Origin: Eledone cirrhosa | Taxonomy: Eukaryota | Length of the DNA stretch: 64,000 nt | Direction of reading: 5' to 3' | NCBI GenBank assembly: GCA_964016885.1 | Contig: OZ024754.1 | Span: 30,008,001-30,072,000 of the forward strand | Shown: positions 45,784-59,309 of the stretch, one piece after another | Layout of the letters: every line of letters begins with the position of its first letter | Position numbering within the stretch: the stretch's first letter is position 1 | The notes under the pieces: generated by a model | What the model was told of the DNA's origin: nothing | Databases searched by the model: none | The model's input: only the letters and a program-made list of their open reading frames with translations | Program-made: the position numbers and the translations under genes

Positions 45784-45831
45784 AAAATGACCGGTTTCGA
45801 TGGGTCTGCAAAAGCCATCTTTTCAAATGTT
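45784..45831 (-). ncRNA. Minimal hammerhead, U3-A8 core variant, GUC site
   Basis: Minus strand reads AACAT-TTGAAAA-GATGG cttttgcagac CCATC-GAAA-CCGG-TC-ATTTT. Confidence 0.62.
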
Positions 45832-46108
45832 GATTAATATTATGAAAAATTAATAATACGAAGAGTTCAAATTTGAGATTTGAAAATTCAAGTATAAAAT
45901 TCATTGTGGGATTTCATAGTAGTTTTCATCTAGGTAGCAACAACAAGTTGACTGGTGTGTCCCTTTCTGGTAGAAAGGGACACAGCAGTCAACTTGTTGT
46001 TGCTACCTAGATGAAAACTACTATGAAATCCCACAATGAATTTTATACTTGAATTTTCAAATCTCAAATTTGAACTCTTCGTATTATTAATTTTTCTTAA
46101 TATTAATC

Positions 46109-46156
46109 AACATTTGAAAAGATGGCTTTTGCAGATCCATCGAAACGGCTCATTTT
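46109..46156 (+). ncRNA. Minimal hammerhead, U3-A8 core variant (mirror copy, stem III mutated)
   Basis: AACAT-TTGAAAA-GATGG..CCATC-GAAA-CGGC-TC-ATTTT. Confidence 0.5.
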
Positions 46157-46353
46157 TTATACCCTTTATTATTTCCTTACCTTATAAAATTATATGTTTT
46201 TTCACAAAAAAGTATTCTGTCTCTTATATATTCCACGTGCCATTACCAACCTCAATTTTCTCTCTCTCTCTATATATATATATATATTTCGTTTCTGAAT
46301 TTGTTTAGCAAGATTGAACTCAGATTATTGGCAACATGACCCTCCCAAAGTAT

Positions 46354-46428
<75 letters not shown>

Positions 46429-46629
46429 AATAAGTGTGGACGTTAGAAAACGCTCTATACAGTTCACGTTATATAAGGAAAAGGATTAAAAGAAAGTACT
46501 CAAGCGCAGAAATGCTATTCAATTCCTCATAGCGGCCGATGGCAACTTCTTTTTCCGTCTTTTAAGAGTCTTCATCCTATTTCATAAGCTATCGTTATAC
46601 CATTTCTGCGCTTGAGCACTTTCTTTATA

Positions 46630-46706
<77 letters not shown>

Positions 46707-46707
46707 A

Positions 46708-47629
46708 CTAGCAGTAAAGCCCGGCGTTGCTCGGGGCTGCTCAGTAGCTGTGTTAAAGTTACAATGTTAAGTTCCTTTCTTGGCTTAAAAACTGTAGAGT
46801 CTACAGTGTAGACTTTCATGTGGTACTTTTGTTTAATATTCCCTCAACCAGCCTTATGAAGTTAAGAAAACATAACCATAACCCGAATGTTAAAACAAAA
46901 GAGGCTGCTGTGGATAAAAACTGCACCGGTAATCTATTAACAAAAATCGAAAATGTAAACACTGCAACACTTGTCTCAGAGAAAAACATCAGCGTAACCA
47001 AACTATCAGTTATTTTGAAACAAAGAAATTGGATGGACATGAAAAACAAAAAAAAATGCGTTATCTGTCTGTCGTTTAAAATTATTGCTTCTAAATGAAA
47101 ATCTCATAAGGCTTTATTCGAGATTATATATATAGATCAATGCTTATTTTACAAAATATTTGCTTGTTTTACGGTGTATTCGAATAGGCTTGTTTTCAAG
47201 TAAAAATATTGTTTTAAAAGACTTTTTAATTGAAATGAAGCAAAATGGAAGCTTAATGTTGAAACTTCGAACTCATGAATTTTGCAGGTTAAAATTTTGC
47301 TGGTCCGAAAACTGTTCACGTATTTTTGTACTTTTGCACGCGTCGTATATTCGTAACATAAATAGATAAACAGAATGACGCATAAAAGGGAAATAACTCG
47401 TCTCTCATCTCTATTTATACATTTGAACTGAAAAATCAATACATTACAAATTCGATTTTTGCACTTGGCGTGGGTCGATTTGAAAATGTTTTTGACCGAT
47501 GTCTCCACCGGACCTTCATCTATAAGTGTAGTAATTTCACCCAAATTTAAACGTACGGTTTAGGAGGAGATGTGTGCCAACCGTTTTAGTAGACAGACAG
47601 ACAGACAACCTCAGTTTTATATATATAGA
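46708..47629 (-). mobile_element. Non-autonomous Helitron
   Basis: Minus strand reads a|TCTATATATATAAAACTG ... CCCGagcaacgcCGGG-ctttactg-CTAG|t. Homologous to 18950-19588 with extra internal sequence. Confidence 0.85.
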
Positions 47630-49414
47630 TATGCAAATAAGCAAGTGGGACCGTCAAACACACAAATGCGAACACAGACACACCCAGAACAAACGCAAAC
47701 AATCATCGAATCTCCAAAGCCAACAATAAACAAAACATCTTGTGGATAAGACAGTCGGATTCAAAACTCGTAAAAAATATATTCGTAAAATCAAAGCCAA
47801 TCATTAACTAAATGTCTATACTAGAACTAAGGCATCCTCCATAATCCCTACCACAGACCTGATCCATATTACCCAATCCCTAACCCGCTCTAGATATGAG
47901 ATATGTATATATATATTATAATTATTTCTAACATAATGCCAATAATTTGGGTGGAGGGGAAAGCTGATTATATTGACCCAAGTATTTTATGATATTTTAT
48001 TTTATCGATCCAGGAAAGATGAAACACAAAACTGATCTCAGCGATATATCAATTCAGAACGTAAACGGCTGTAACTAAATGCTACAAAGATATGCCCACT
48101 TGCAAACATACACTAGACATTTGATTAACAAATCACAAAAAAAGATTGCAGACATTCTTTAAAAGCACAAAACATTACTATGACTGCATCAGTTTTAAAA
48201 TTATAGTCCTTTCTTTCATACTGCAAAGTTTCACAACATTCTGTTTAATAGTAAAGATGATATAAATATTTGAATTAACAAACCTGGTTTTGTATATTGT
48301 TATTAAATCCTTATAAGATGTTAAGAATTAAAATAATTCATCAATAAGGGCCACAACTTGAGCCTGAGCATATATTTACGTTTCAGAGATAATTTTGTAT
48401 TTAGCGCTTTAGACTATATAGATTCATTTTTTACAGGAAATTTCGAAAATATTTTATGTAATTTTTTTTGTTTTTTATTTTTCTTAGGGGAATTTACAAT
48501 AGAAGGGAAGTGAGGTGACTGCAATGGGAAATTGGATTCCATTGGCCAGAGGATACCTCACAATAATTGTTACTTTAACATATCTAATACTCGGGGAAAT
48601 ATCCATACGTCATGAACCAATATAATGCTGACATCGATTAGTATGATTGCTTTGCTTTCCTCGTTGTATAATTATTCCTAGTTAACTTATTAACTCTCCG
48701 TGTATTACGCATGTTAAAACGAGATTAACCATTACTGTTTATGCTGATGGCAACCATGAGTCATACACTTCTAGTTTACACCGTAAAAAGTGTCCATGTA
48801 TGTATGGACGTTTAACTCCTGAAGGAGTCATTGAGTATTTTTAATTCTGACGGAGCCAATCCCCTACCCCAGGTCCTGACGGAGCCAATCCCCTACCCAG
48901 GTCCGAACGCAGCCATTTTCTTCCAGTAATTGTTCCGGCCTCTTTTTGTTCTGTATTTAAATCACACCCAGACCAGCTTTTCCTTTCATCCTTCTGAGAT
49001 CGATAAAATAAAGTACCAGTCAAGCACTGGAGTCGATATAATTGATTCTCCCCTCCCAAATATGCCTAAAATATAAATCACTATATGACGGTATTTTTCG
49101 GAATATAAAATACACCTTATGTTGGACAAACATTTTAGAAAATAGTTATTGTAATATTTAATGTGTGTATCCATTGTATAATACGCAGGAAGGATTTTAT
49201 ATCGATTTTGGAGTTAAAATGTGTACCTTATGCACGGAAATGTGTACCTTACACACAGACATATGTTCCTTATACACAGAAATGTGAACCTTATACACAG
49301 AAATGTGTACCTTATACACAGAAAAATACGGTATGTTTATTTTTAATTTAAACATATAATCCGCTTATTAAACTCAGAAAAAACTGGACACTATCGTTAT
49401 TTAATATATGGTGT

Positions 49415-49596
49415 ATTGGCAGTATCGGTAGAGGGTCGGACGCCATGCTTTCCAGCATAGTTACGTCCCTTTACGATCTGAGTTCAAATCCCGCCGAGGT
49501 TGACTTTGCCTTTCATCCTTACGGGGTCGATAAAATAAAGTACCAGTAATGCACTGGGTAATTGCAGGCCTTGTGCCTAAAGTAGAAACAGTTATT
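49415..49596 (+). mobile_element. SINE family S
   Basis: Nearly identical to 26620-26801. Confidence 0.85.
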
Positions 49597-50121
49597 TAAT
49601 ATACATATGTTTATAGACAAGGTATATATGTGTACGCTTCTGCATATACGTATAACATATTGCATCTTATAGTTACATGTCTGTATATATGTGTACTTAT
49701 AATATATTTTCTTGTGTAAGTTCAATTTCAGATCTTTTTTTATTTTCATTATATTATTGATTCCGGGTTTACAAGAAGAAAAAAAAACGTCATTTTTTAA
49801 AATAATACCTTTTATAACACCTTTTTTTTAATGTGTGAGACAAACTTTTTTTATCTACCTGTTATTAAAATTGTGCTAAAGAAGTATATCATGTTAGAAA
49901 ACTCTAAGATAAGTAATTTTTGCTAATCTTAGCAACATTGTATATATTGAAGCATAAATGGGCTTCTGGTTTTGGTGTTTCTTATATTACTTTTTAAATT
50001 CTTCTTATAATCAATTTAGTATTTATTTTCTTTAGCTTTTACTGGATAACATTTTGTCTGTCTGTAACATTATATTTATTACTAAAATATCTAGAATATA
50101 AAAGTATAATCTGTTCTCATA

Positions 50122-50156
<35 letters not shown>

Positions 50157-50399
50157 ACTCTTTCTCTCTCCCTCTCTCTCTCGCACATACACACACACAC
50201 TGTTTGATACATATATGCGCACATGTATACGCAAATATACATACATAGATAGATATATATATATATATATAGTTGAAAAACGAAACAAAACACAAGGAAT
50301 GCAGAATTACACAGTTATATTAGGTCCACGCTTGGAGGAAATTGATATATATAAATATATATATATATAATATGAAAACTATACGTGCATACATATATC

Positions 50400-51362
50400 A
50401 GATAGGGTGTGATAAAAACCATGTAGACCATAACCCACCAGAGTACTCGATACTTGGGGTAGTAGAGTGGGTAATATGAAAAGATTCAGGACCCCGACGG
50501 CTGAGCTCTGGCCGTTTCGATAGCTAGATCCGTATTGCGATGGCTTTGATATTCATGTTAAAATTACACTTTGAGGCATTCCTTATATAAAACAGGAATC
50601 CATAATACTTTAGATTCTTAGCTAACTTACGACAGCACTAGAACTGAATAGCTAGAACTATCTTTGAGATTAATGATAGATTTATTGGTGTTTGAAATAA
50701 ATAAATTAGTGAATGAGGCGCTTATCCCGGGCCACAGAGCAATTTATAACTAGATTTCTCTATAAGGAGGGGAAATAGTAATAAATTATAAATGCTTAGC
50801 TTTTTAAAAAATTGTAAAGAAAAAGCAAATTAACAAACACTACGCTATTCTCTTTAAATACGCCGAAATTAAACTTTCGTTGATTTTTTTTCTTTTTGAA
50901 TCCAATATAGTTAAGTACAGTGCCATTTTTATAGATTAGAAATATTTGATAAGGAAAATTTCTCTCTTAATAGCGTTTGTGCGCGACTGGCTGGCTTGGC
51001 ACTTTCAGGTTAGTAAGTCTACTCACCTATTTCCTCTTGCTTTTTATATTGTCTAGCTCCATTTCTTGCCGCCATGAGTGTAAAAAATATAGATTATACA
51101 AGACATTAAGCATGACTAAACCAGCTATTTGAACAAGGGTACCCCCACCCTCCCGATTACTGACCAATCTCGGAGAAAAGCAAAATAAACAAAAAACGAG
51201 AACTTTTAAGATTTTTTTGCTTTGACTGTTTGTCCATATATTGTCTATATCCTTGATAAGTTTAGCTAGATTCCCGCCGTTCGAATACTGGCGCTTTAGT
51301 TCGGATCTAGTTGTCGAAACGGCCAGAGCTCAACCGTCGGGGTCCTGAATCTTTTCATATGT
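50400..51362. mobile_element. Family A element with inverted ends
   Basis: 50475-50532 is inverted at 51302-51360. Flanked by TA-rich tracts. Confidence 0.7.
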
Positions 51363-51503
51363 ATATATATATATAAATATTTATAGTAATAATAATAGGG
51401 TTCGATAAGGATTAATATATATCAAATATATAAGAACCGTTAAGGGAGACAGCAGCGATTCTTTGCTTAAACTTTAATAAATATATTATATATATATATA
51501 TAT

Positions 51504-51534
<31 letters not shown>

Positions 51535-52124
51535 ACGTTTAACGTCCGTGTTCCACGCTTGCATGGGTTTGGACGGGGGTAGTCCCACTTGAGGCAAGAG
51601 TGATTGTCTTGCTCGCATAGGACTGTCTGGCAGGTTTTCTACAGTTGGATGCCCTTCCTAACACCAACTACATTTACAGTGTGGGTCTGGGAGGTTTTTA
51701 CCGTGTTGCCTACACGGCCACATTACAGCGTGGACTGTGTGTTTTTTTGTCGTGACACCTACACGATCTCATTTGTTTCGGCCTGGATGGCGCGGCACCA
51801 ACATAACTTTACATAGAACGGGGTGGTGTGGATGGGGTGGGGGTGGGGTGGGTGGGACGGGGTGTATTTTGTTAGAGATGCCTATATATATATATATATG
51901 AATAAAATTAGTCCTTCATCAGTGATCTTCCAACCATCATTAGTATTTCATCGCTTTAAAGACCATATACCTCCGGTTGGTGCGAGCAACGGCTAAAAAA
52001 AGTCGTTGGGACACGTAAATAAAGGGGACACGAGTGTAAACAAACAAAGATGGTGAAGCAACGAAAAGTTAGGAAGAAGGGATCTAGTCTGTGAATTCGG
52101 TGAACGTAAGTTCTGTGAAATCGT

Positions 52125-52812
52125 AATTTCGTTTCTGAATTTGTTTAGAAAGATTCTTTATCTGAAAACGTGTGTTGAAACCGATATTGTTATACTTTGG
52201 GAGGGTCATGTTGCCAATAAGAAACACACGCACCAGTTGCTTTCACTTCAATTTATTATAAATTAAATTTATAAATTTCCGGTTGGTTGGTTGGTTCCAC
52301 AACCAGACGATTGTTCATATATTGTCAAAGTTCTTTTGTCACACATTCTGTGACCTCTTCAGTGACTGGGGATTCTTTTCTTTGTTTTTGTGCCTCTCCT
52401 TTGTTCTGTCCTACGCCATCTTGTTTTTGTGTGTGCTGTGTGCTTAGTTTGCGCATATGTTACATCCTGGTGTCTGTGTCTGTTTATATTTGTTTATTTA
52501 TTTGTTTATTTACATGTTACTGGATGTAACACATGCGCAAACTAAGCACACAACACACACAAAAACAAGATGGCGTAGGACAGAACAAAGGAGAGGCACA
52601 AAAACAAAGCAAAGAATCCCCAGTCACTGAAGAGGTCACAGAATGCGTGACGAAAGAACTTTGACAATATATGAACAATCGTCTGGTTGTGGAACCAACC
52701 AACCAACCGGAAATTTATAAATTCCTAAATTTATAAATTTAATTTATAATAAATTGAAGTGAAGCAACTGGTGCGTGTGTTTCTTATTGGCAACATGACC
52801 CTCCCAAAGTAT

Positions 52813-52820
<8 letters not shown>
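52125..52820. mobile_element. Family B fold-back (~290-bp arms) with hammerhead
   Basis: 52184-52466 is inverted at 52521-52820. Mirror ORFs MVGSTTRRLF... on both strands. Confidence 0.88.
52623..52665 (+). ncRNA. Minimal type I hammerhead (CUU site)
   Basis: GTCA-CTGAAGA-G-GTCAC agaatgc GTGAC-GAAA-GAAC-TT-TGAC. The mirror copy at 52324-52366(-) has GAAA changed to AAAA. Confidence 0.68.
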
Positions 52821-52843
<23 letters not shown>

Positions 52844-54112
52844 GGGGGTGTACACTTCTAGCTTTGCAAAATATATCTTTGTCACTTTTTTTGCAATAAA
52901 CCATTATTTACTGTAATCGGATCAGCCCTTTATTAATAGGGGTGTGTCCACATCATGTTTTAATTACTTATTTTACCATTATTATTAATATCATTATTAT
53001 TATCATTATCATCTGTCCATTTATCTTCACACTATTAAAGATATACATTTTTTGGAAAATGGAAAGTTATTTAGAACAATAGAACTTTCTATTGTTTCTG
53101 CGAAGACATTTTTCATTCATTTTTTTTTTCCGAATATAAAATAAACATAATACTTGAAGAAGCCAGTAACGTTTTATAGCACCAGTACTTAAACGAAATC
53201 TTTGTTTTCTTTTGTTTGTTTGTTGTTGTCTTTTTTGTTGTTTTGGGTTTTTATTTTCATAAAAATAGAAAATTGTTTTACAGATTTTGCTTTCATTAAC
53301 TTTGCTACAGCAGAATTTCCATTCTGAAGATTCTTATATTATTTTCTGCAAGATACAAATTACAGTTTTTTTTGAGATTTGTAAATGTATTTTTTTTTCG
53401 TTGATTTTTTTGAGTGCACATATTAATGTATAATTTTATATTTATTTTTTATAAAATAAAGTATTATAACTTATTTTATCTTTGGTATTTAAAATTGTCC
53501 AATCTTTTTGTAACTACAATTTTATTGCTGATCGTCCGATATCTGTTATTTTTAGAGAATTATCTGGTTTTTAACTCGTAATCTTCTATATTTGTTTAGT
53601 CTCAATTTCAATATATTTGTTGAGACATATCGTCAAGCCAAAGATATAAAGTTTAACCCTTCCATTCTTTCTTTCTTCATCCTCAGTTTTCTTTCCTTTC
53701 TTTTGTGTTCTTTTTTCCTTTATCTTTTTTGGTTCCATAAAATTCTTTCAATACGTTTGCTGTTTTTATTATATGTTCATATAAGGTTAATGGATCGGGA
53801 AAGCCGTTCAAATGTCGGACAAAGTCTTAGCAGTATTTTTTCCCGCTCATTATGTTCTGAGTTCAAATTCCACTGAGGTCAAATTTGCCTTTCATCCTTC
53901 CGGGGTCGATAAAACAAAGTACCAGTCAAAAGGTAGGATAGATTTTAATCGATTTTTCCCCTTTTCTCATAATTGTACAGAGGGCATGACAAGAATTGAG
54001 TTAACACTTCATTCTTTCAACATCTATGCTGCTGGTTCAAAAGCAGTAATTATAACTATATTACATTTATCTTAATCTCTGCACTCTGCATTAATATTTA
54101 TTAATTAACAAA

Positions 54113-55189
54113 AGGGCAGTGAATTGGCAGTATCGGTAGAGCGTCAGACAACATGCTTTGCGGCATATAGTTAAGGCCCTTTACGTTCTGATTTCAAATC
54201 TCACAAAGATTAAGCTTTACCTTTCATCCTTACAGGGGCCGATAGATTATAGTACCAGTAATGCACTGGGGTCTATTTAATCGACTCTCTTCTCCATCAA
54301 AATTGTTGGCCTTGTGCCTAAATCAGAAATCCTTATTTAACAAAAGGACGTTAGATTGACAGTGTCGGTAGAGCGTCGGACAACATGCTTTGCGGCATTT
54401 AGATACAGCCCTTTAGTTTCTGATTTTAAATCTCGCCGATGTTAAGGATTACCTATCATCCTTACAAGGTACCAACAACACACTCGGGTCTATTTCATCG
54501 ATTTTCCCTTCCCTCAAAATTGTAGGCATTGTTCCTAAAACAGAAACAATTATTTAACTAAAGATGCAAGGGCGGTAGATTGGCAGTATCGGTAGAGGGT
54601 CGGACGCCATGCTTTGACGTATAGAGTTACAGCTCTTGCCATTCTGAGTTAAAATCCCGCCCAGGTTAACTTTGCCTTTCATCCTTATGGGGTCGATAAA
54701 ATAAAGTACCAGTAATACACTGTGTAATTGCTGGCCTTGTGCCAAAAGTAGAAACAATTATTTAACTAAAGATGCAAGGGCGGTAGATTGGCAGTATCGG
54801 TAGAGGGTCGGACGCCATGCTTTGACGTATAGAGTTACAGCTCTTGCCATTCTGAGTTAAAATCCCGCCCAGGTTAACTTTGCCTTTCATCCTTATGGGG
54901 TCGATAAAATAAAGTACCAGTAATACACTGTGTAATTGCTGGCCTTGTGCCAAAAGTAGAAACAATTATTTAACTAAAGATGCAAGGGCGGTAGATTGGC
55001 AGTATCGGTAAGGGTCGGACGCCATGCTTTGACGTATAGAGTTACAGCTCTTGCCATTCTGAGTTAAAATCCCGCCCAGGTTAACTTTGCCTTTCATCCT
55101 TATGGGGTCGATAAAATAAAGTACCAGTAATACACTGTGTAATTGCTGGCCTTGTGCCAAAAGTAGAAACAATTATTTAACTAAAGATG
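54113..55189 (+). mobile_element. Head-to-tail array of five family-S SINEs; the last three are near-identical 208-bp units
   Basis: ttaactaaagatg recurs with periods 208, 208 and 207 from 54554. Two older diverged copies start at 54113 and ~54345. Confidence 0.92.
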
Positions 55190-55404
55190 TATCTTGCTAT
55201 TGTAAGCAGTGTAAGCATTAACAAGTATTTGACTAACTTGTAGAGCTGGGTTTACTACAAGACAAGTAATCTCCAGCAAACTGAGCACAGAACAATATAG
55301 AACTCTATCAAATACATCAGTTAATTTGGCAACAAACGAATATAACAAAGAACACATCTGAGTTTGATCCATGAATTATTGAGTTACCATTTACTGTTTC
55401 TGTT

Positions 55405-56520
55405 CCACACACACATACACGTACATACTTGTATATATGCACACACATACACGTACATACTTATATATATACACACACATACACGTACATACTTATATAT
55501 ATATATATACACACACACGTACATACTTATATATATACATACACACACACGTACATACTTATATATATACACACACATAGACGTACATACTTATATATAT
55601 ACACACACATACACGTACATACTTATATATATATATATACACACACACGTACATACTTGTATATATGCACACACATATACGTACTTACTTATATATATGC
55701 ACACACATACACGTACATACTTATATATATACACACACACGTACATACTTATATATATACATACACACGTACATACTTATATATATACACACACATACAC
55801 CTACATACTTATATATATACACACACATACACGTACATACTTATATATATATATATACACACATACACTACATACTTATATATATACATACACACACACG
55901 TACATGCTTATATATACACACATACACGTACATACTTATATATATACACATACACATACACGTACATACTTACATATATATACACACATACACGTACATA
56001 CTTATATATATACATACACACACACGTACATACTTATATATATACACACACATACACCTACATACTTATATATATACACACACATACACGTACATACTTA
56101 TATATATATATACACACATATACTACATACTTATATATATACATACACACACACGTACATGCTTATATATATATACACACACATACACGTACATACTTAT
56201 ATATATACACATACACATAGACGTACATACTTACATATATATACACACATACACGTACATACTTATATATACACGTACATATATATATACACACACATAC
56301 ACGTACATACTTATATACACACATACACGTACATACTTATATATACACGTACATATATATACAACAATATTACTAAACCGACTACCGTCGGTTTAGGATA
56401 TATACACACACACATACACGTACATACTTATATACACACATATACTTACATACTTATATACACACATACACATGTGCATACTTATATATACACACACATA
56501 CACGTACGTACTTATACATG
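55405..56520. repeat. ~30-bp minisatellite (acacacatacacgtacatacttatatatat)n
   Basis: Recurrent cgtacatactta core with variable CA/TA runs. The 438-aa ORF is an artefact. Confidence 0.9.
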
Positions 56521-56747
56521 CACATTCACCCAAACACATGACATATACAGATATATACACAGACACACAAATTTATATATTCTATATTTATGTGTTTGTG
56601 TTTATATATATACATGTATATATATACATGTATATAAATGCATACATATATTATTCAATAATATATATATATTTATATAGAGAGAGAGGGGGTTGTGTGT
56701 ATATGTATATATATATAGGGGAGGAGGAGATTGCGTATATATATACA

Positions 56748-56795
<48 letters not shown>

Positions 56796-56985
56796 TACAA
56801 AAACTCACAAACACGCACACGCACACACAGACACATACAAATACACACACAGACACACACATACACACGCAAACACACACAGACACGCACATACATATAC
56901 ACACACAGATACATATAAACGCACACAGAGACACACACATACACACACACGCACAGACACACACAGACACACACACACACACACA

Positions 56986-57074
<89 letters not shown>

Positions 57075-57490
57075 ATGAACCCATAGATCTATTTCTGTTA
57101 TTTTCTACGAAGTATTTGCTTCGTTTTGTTTAAGATGTTATCGTGCCATTCACAAAGGAAACTTCATTGAAACGTTGTCATATTAAGTTTTATGATTCAT
57201 GGAAATGTTCTGTTCCTTAAAACAACGATAAACTGATCAGAGGACCAACCCAACTACCCAGCTTAAATTCCTAATGAAAAGCGAATGATATACCAGCGAA
57301 ATGATAACGTACTTCAAACGAAAACGTTTTCTTTTATTTAAACATTATTATATCACAATGAAAATGAATTAATTTTAAGATTTAGATAAGCATGAAACTC
57401 GAATAAATTACATTTCCTGCGATGTTGTACATCAGGCGATTGCTTTTGTAACAGGATTGCAGTACATCCCTACTTGTGTGTTATGTGTTT

Positions 57491-57569
<79 letters not shown>

Positions 57570-57684
57570 AACCAGTAAGACCCCGACAGCTGAGCTCAAG
57601 CCGTTTCGACGGCTAATTCTGGACTCAAGTATTGAGTACTTTGGTGCGTTATGGTCCACCTGGTTCCTTACCACATTTCCTTCG

Positions 57685-57843
<159 letters not shown>

Positions 57844-58136
57844 TTTGTTTCTAACTGCTTCAAAATGCGGTTTATTATTTTGCCAGTATATATATCTATG
57901 AAAACACAAGTTTCCTTGCAACAGTCACATCAAAGTGGAATCAGTGATATGTCATTATTTATGCCACTATCAATAAGATACCCAGAAAATCCTATAATTT
58001 ATCAAATTATCTCTCAAAGTAATGGTAAAGTGAAGATGCATGGACTAAAAATCCCTGCTATTATGATTTCAAACACTGCTTTGGGTCAACTTCGCTTTTA
58101 GTTTATATCTTGTCCCTTAAAGGAGAAATCGATATA

Positions 58137-58204
<68 letters not shown>

Positions 58205-58507
58205 GGGGGGGGGCCGCTAAATCCCCTCTATGAGCCATTACCTACAAATATCGATTTAGAATTTTTTTATACATAAAATATTCAGAGGTCAGTAACCTAT
58301 TATCGATGATGATTACTGATAACATTTGAACAAAACAACTGCGAAGACTGATTTCTTGAGAGGATTCCATAAACCGTTTTACAAAGGACGATAGTTCTAA
58401 AGTTGTAATATTTTTAACTTCTCTTCTCTTGCTTGTTTCAACTACTCTTTCCTTTCTCTTTATCATTGTTATGAAATACGTAGTACTGCTGAAATCAAAG
58501 ATCTCTA

Positions 58508-59303
58508 AAAGGGTCGGCTAAAAGGTTCATAGGCTGACTATGAAGGAGTGATGCTAGAGCCGTGAAATCTTGCATGCATTAATTTCAACTCTTCTTATTA
58601 ATAACTACTTTCGGTGGTTTTCTGCTAGCATGTGTAGTGTTCATATTTATATTATATGCAAGTATATATGCATGTAGATATGATACATCAAATAAAATCG
58701 TATTGACAATATGCACAGAAATTGAAGAGAGAGACTGCGTTACACTGTCTTCTGTAATCAGTAAAGTAATCCATGATACGTTTAGAAAAGACTATATTAT
58801 ATATAAACACCATTACGGCAAAATTTTATGAAAACGAAAAGGGAGAAAATTAGCGACGGAAATATAAACGATGTGATATAGCATCCATTACATCATACCC
58901 GAAAGTATTGGCATTTGAAAATTTTAAAAGAAGTGAATCTTGAAATAAGCAATAAAATTATTTGTATTTAATCAAGAGTTACGAAATTTAATACATAAAT
59001 TATGTAATATTCATTCATTATTTATTCAAAGAATCCAACTTATTTTACTAACGGGATAAACAAATATATTCAGCACACAGTCCCGCACTCCTCCATTATA
59101 TTAGGATTGTTTCTTTCCAGAGACTGTGTTGAAAATTAAACCTCATTTGGTAATTCCATGAGAGTATCTCGGTCATAGACTGACTATGAAGGAGTGATGC
59201 TAGAGCTGTGAAATGCCTCATGCATTAATTTCTTATTAAACACTTCTTATTAATAACTGCATTGTTTCTTTGGTCAGCCTATGAACTTTTGCGCTGATTC
59301 GTA
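58508..59303. mobile_element. Decayed mariner-like MITE(s)
   Basis: aaaaggttcataggctgac (58520) is inverted as gtcagcctatgaactttt (59273). The ~90-bp subterminal block is repeated at 58528 and 59173. Confidence 0.55.
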
Positions 59304-59309
59304 TTTTAA

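Larger units (their letters stand above)
45676..46263. mobile_element. Long palindrome (~290-bp arms, centre ~45970) with two hammerhead copies
   Basis: Mirror ORFs 45623-45904(-) and 46036-46308(+) give nearly the same translation. Confidence 0.9.

Noticed and set aside
54554-55172. Three repeated 67-aa minus-strand ORFs (MFLLLAQGQQ...)
   Set aside because: Antisense translation of tandem SINE copies.
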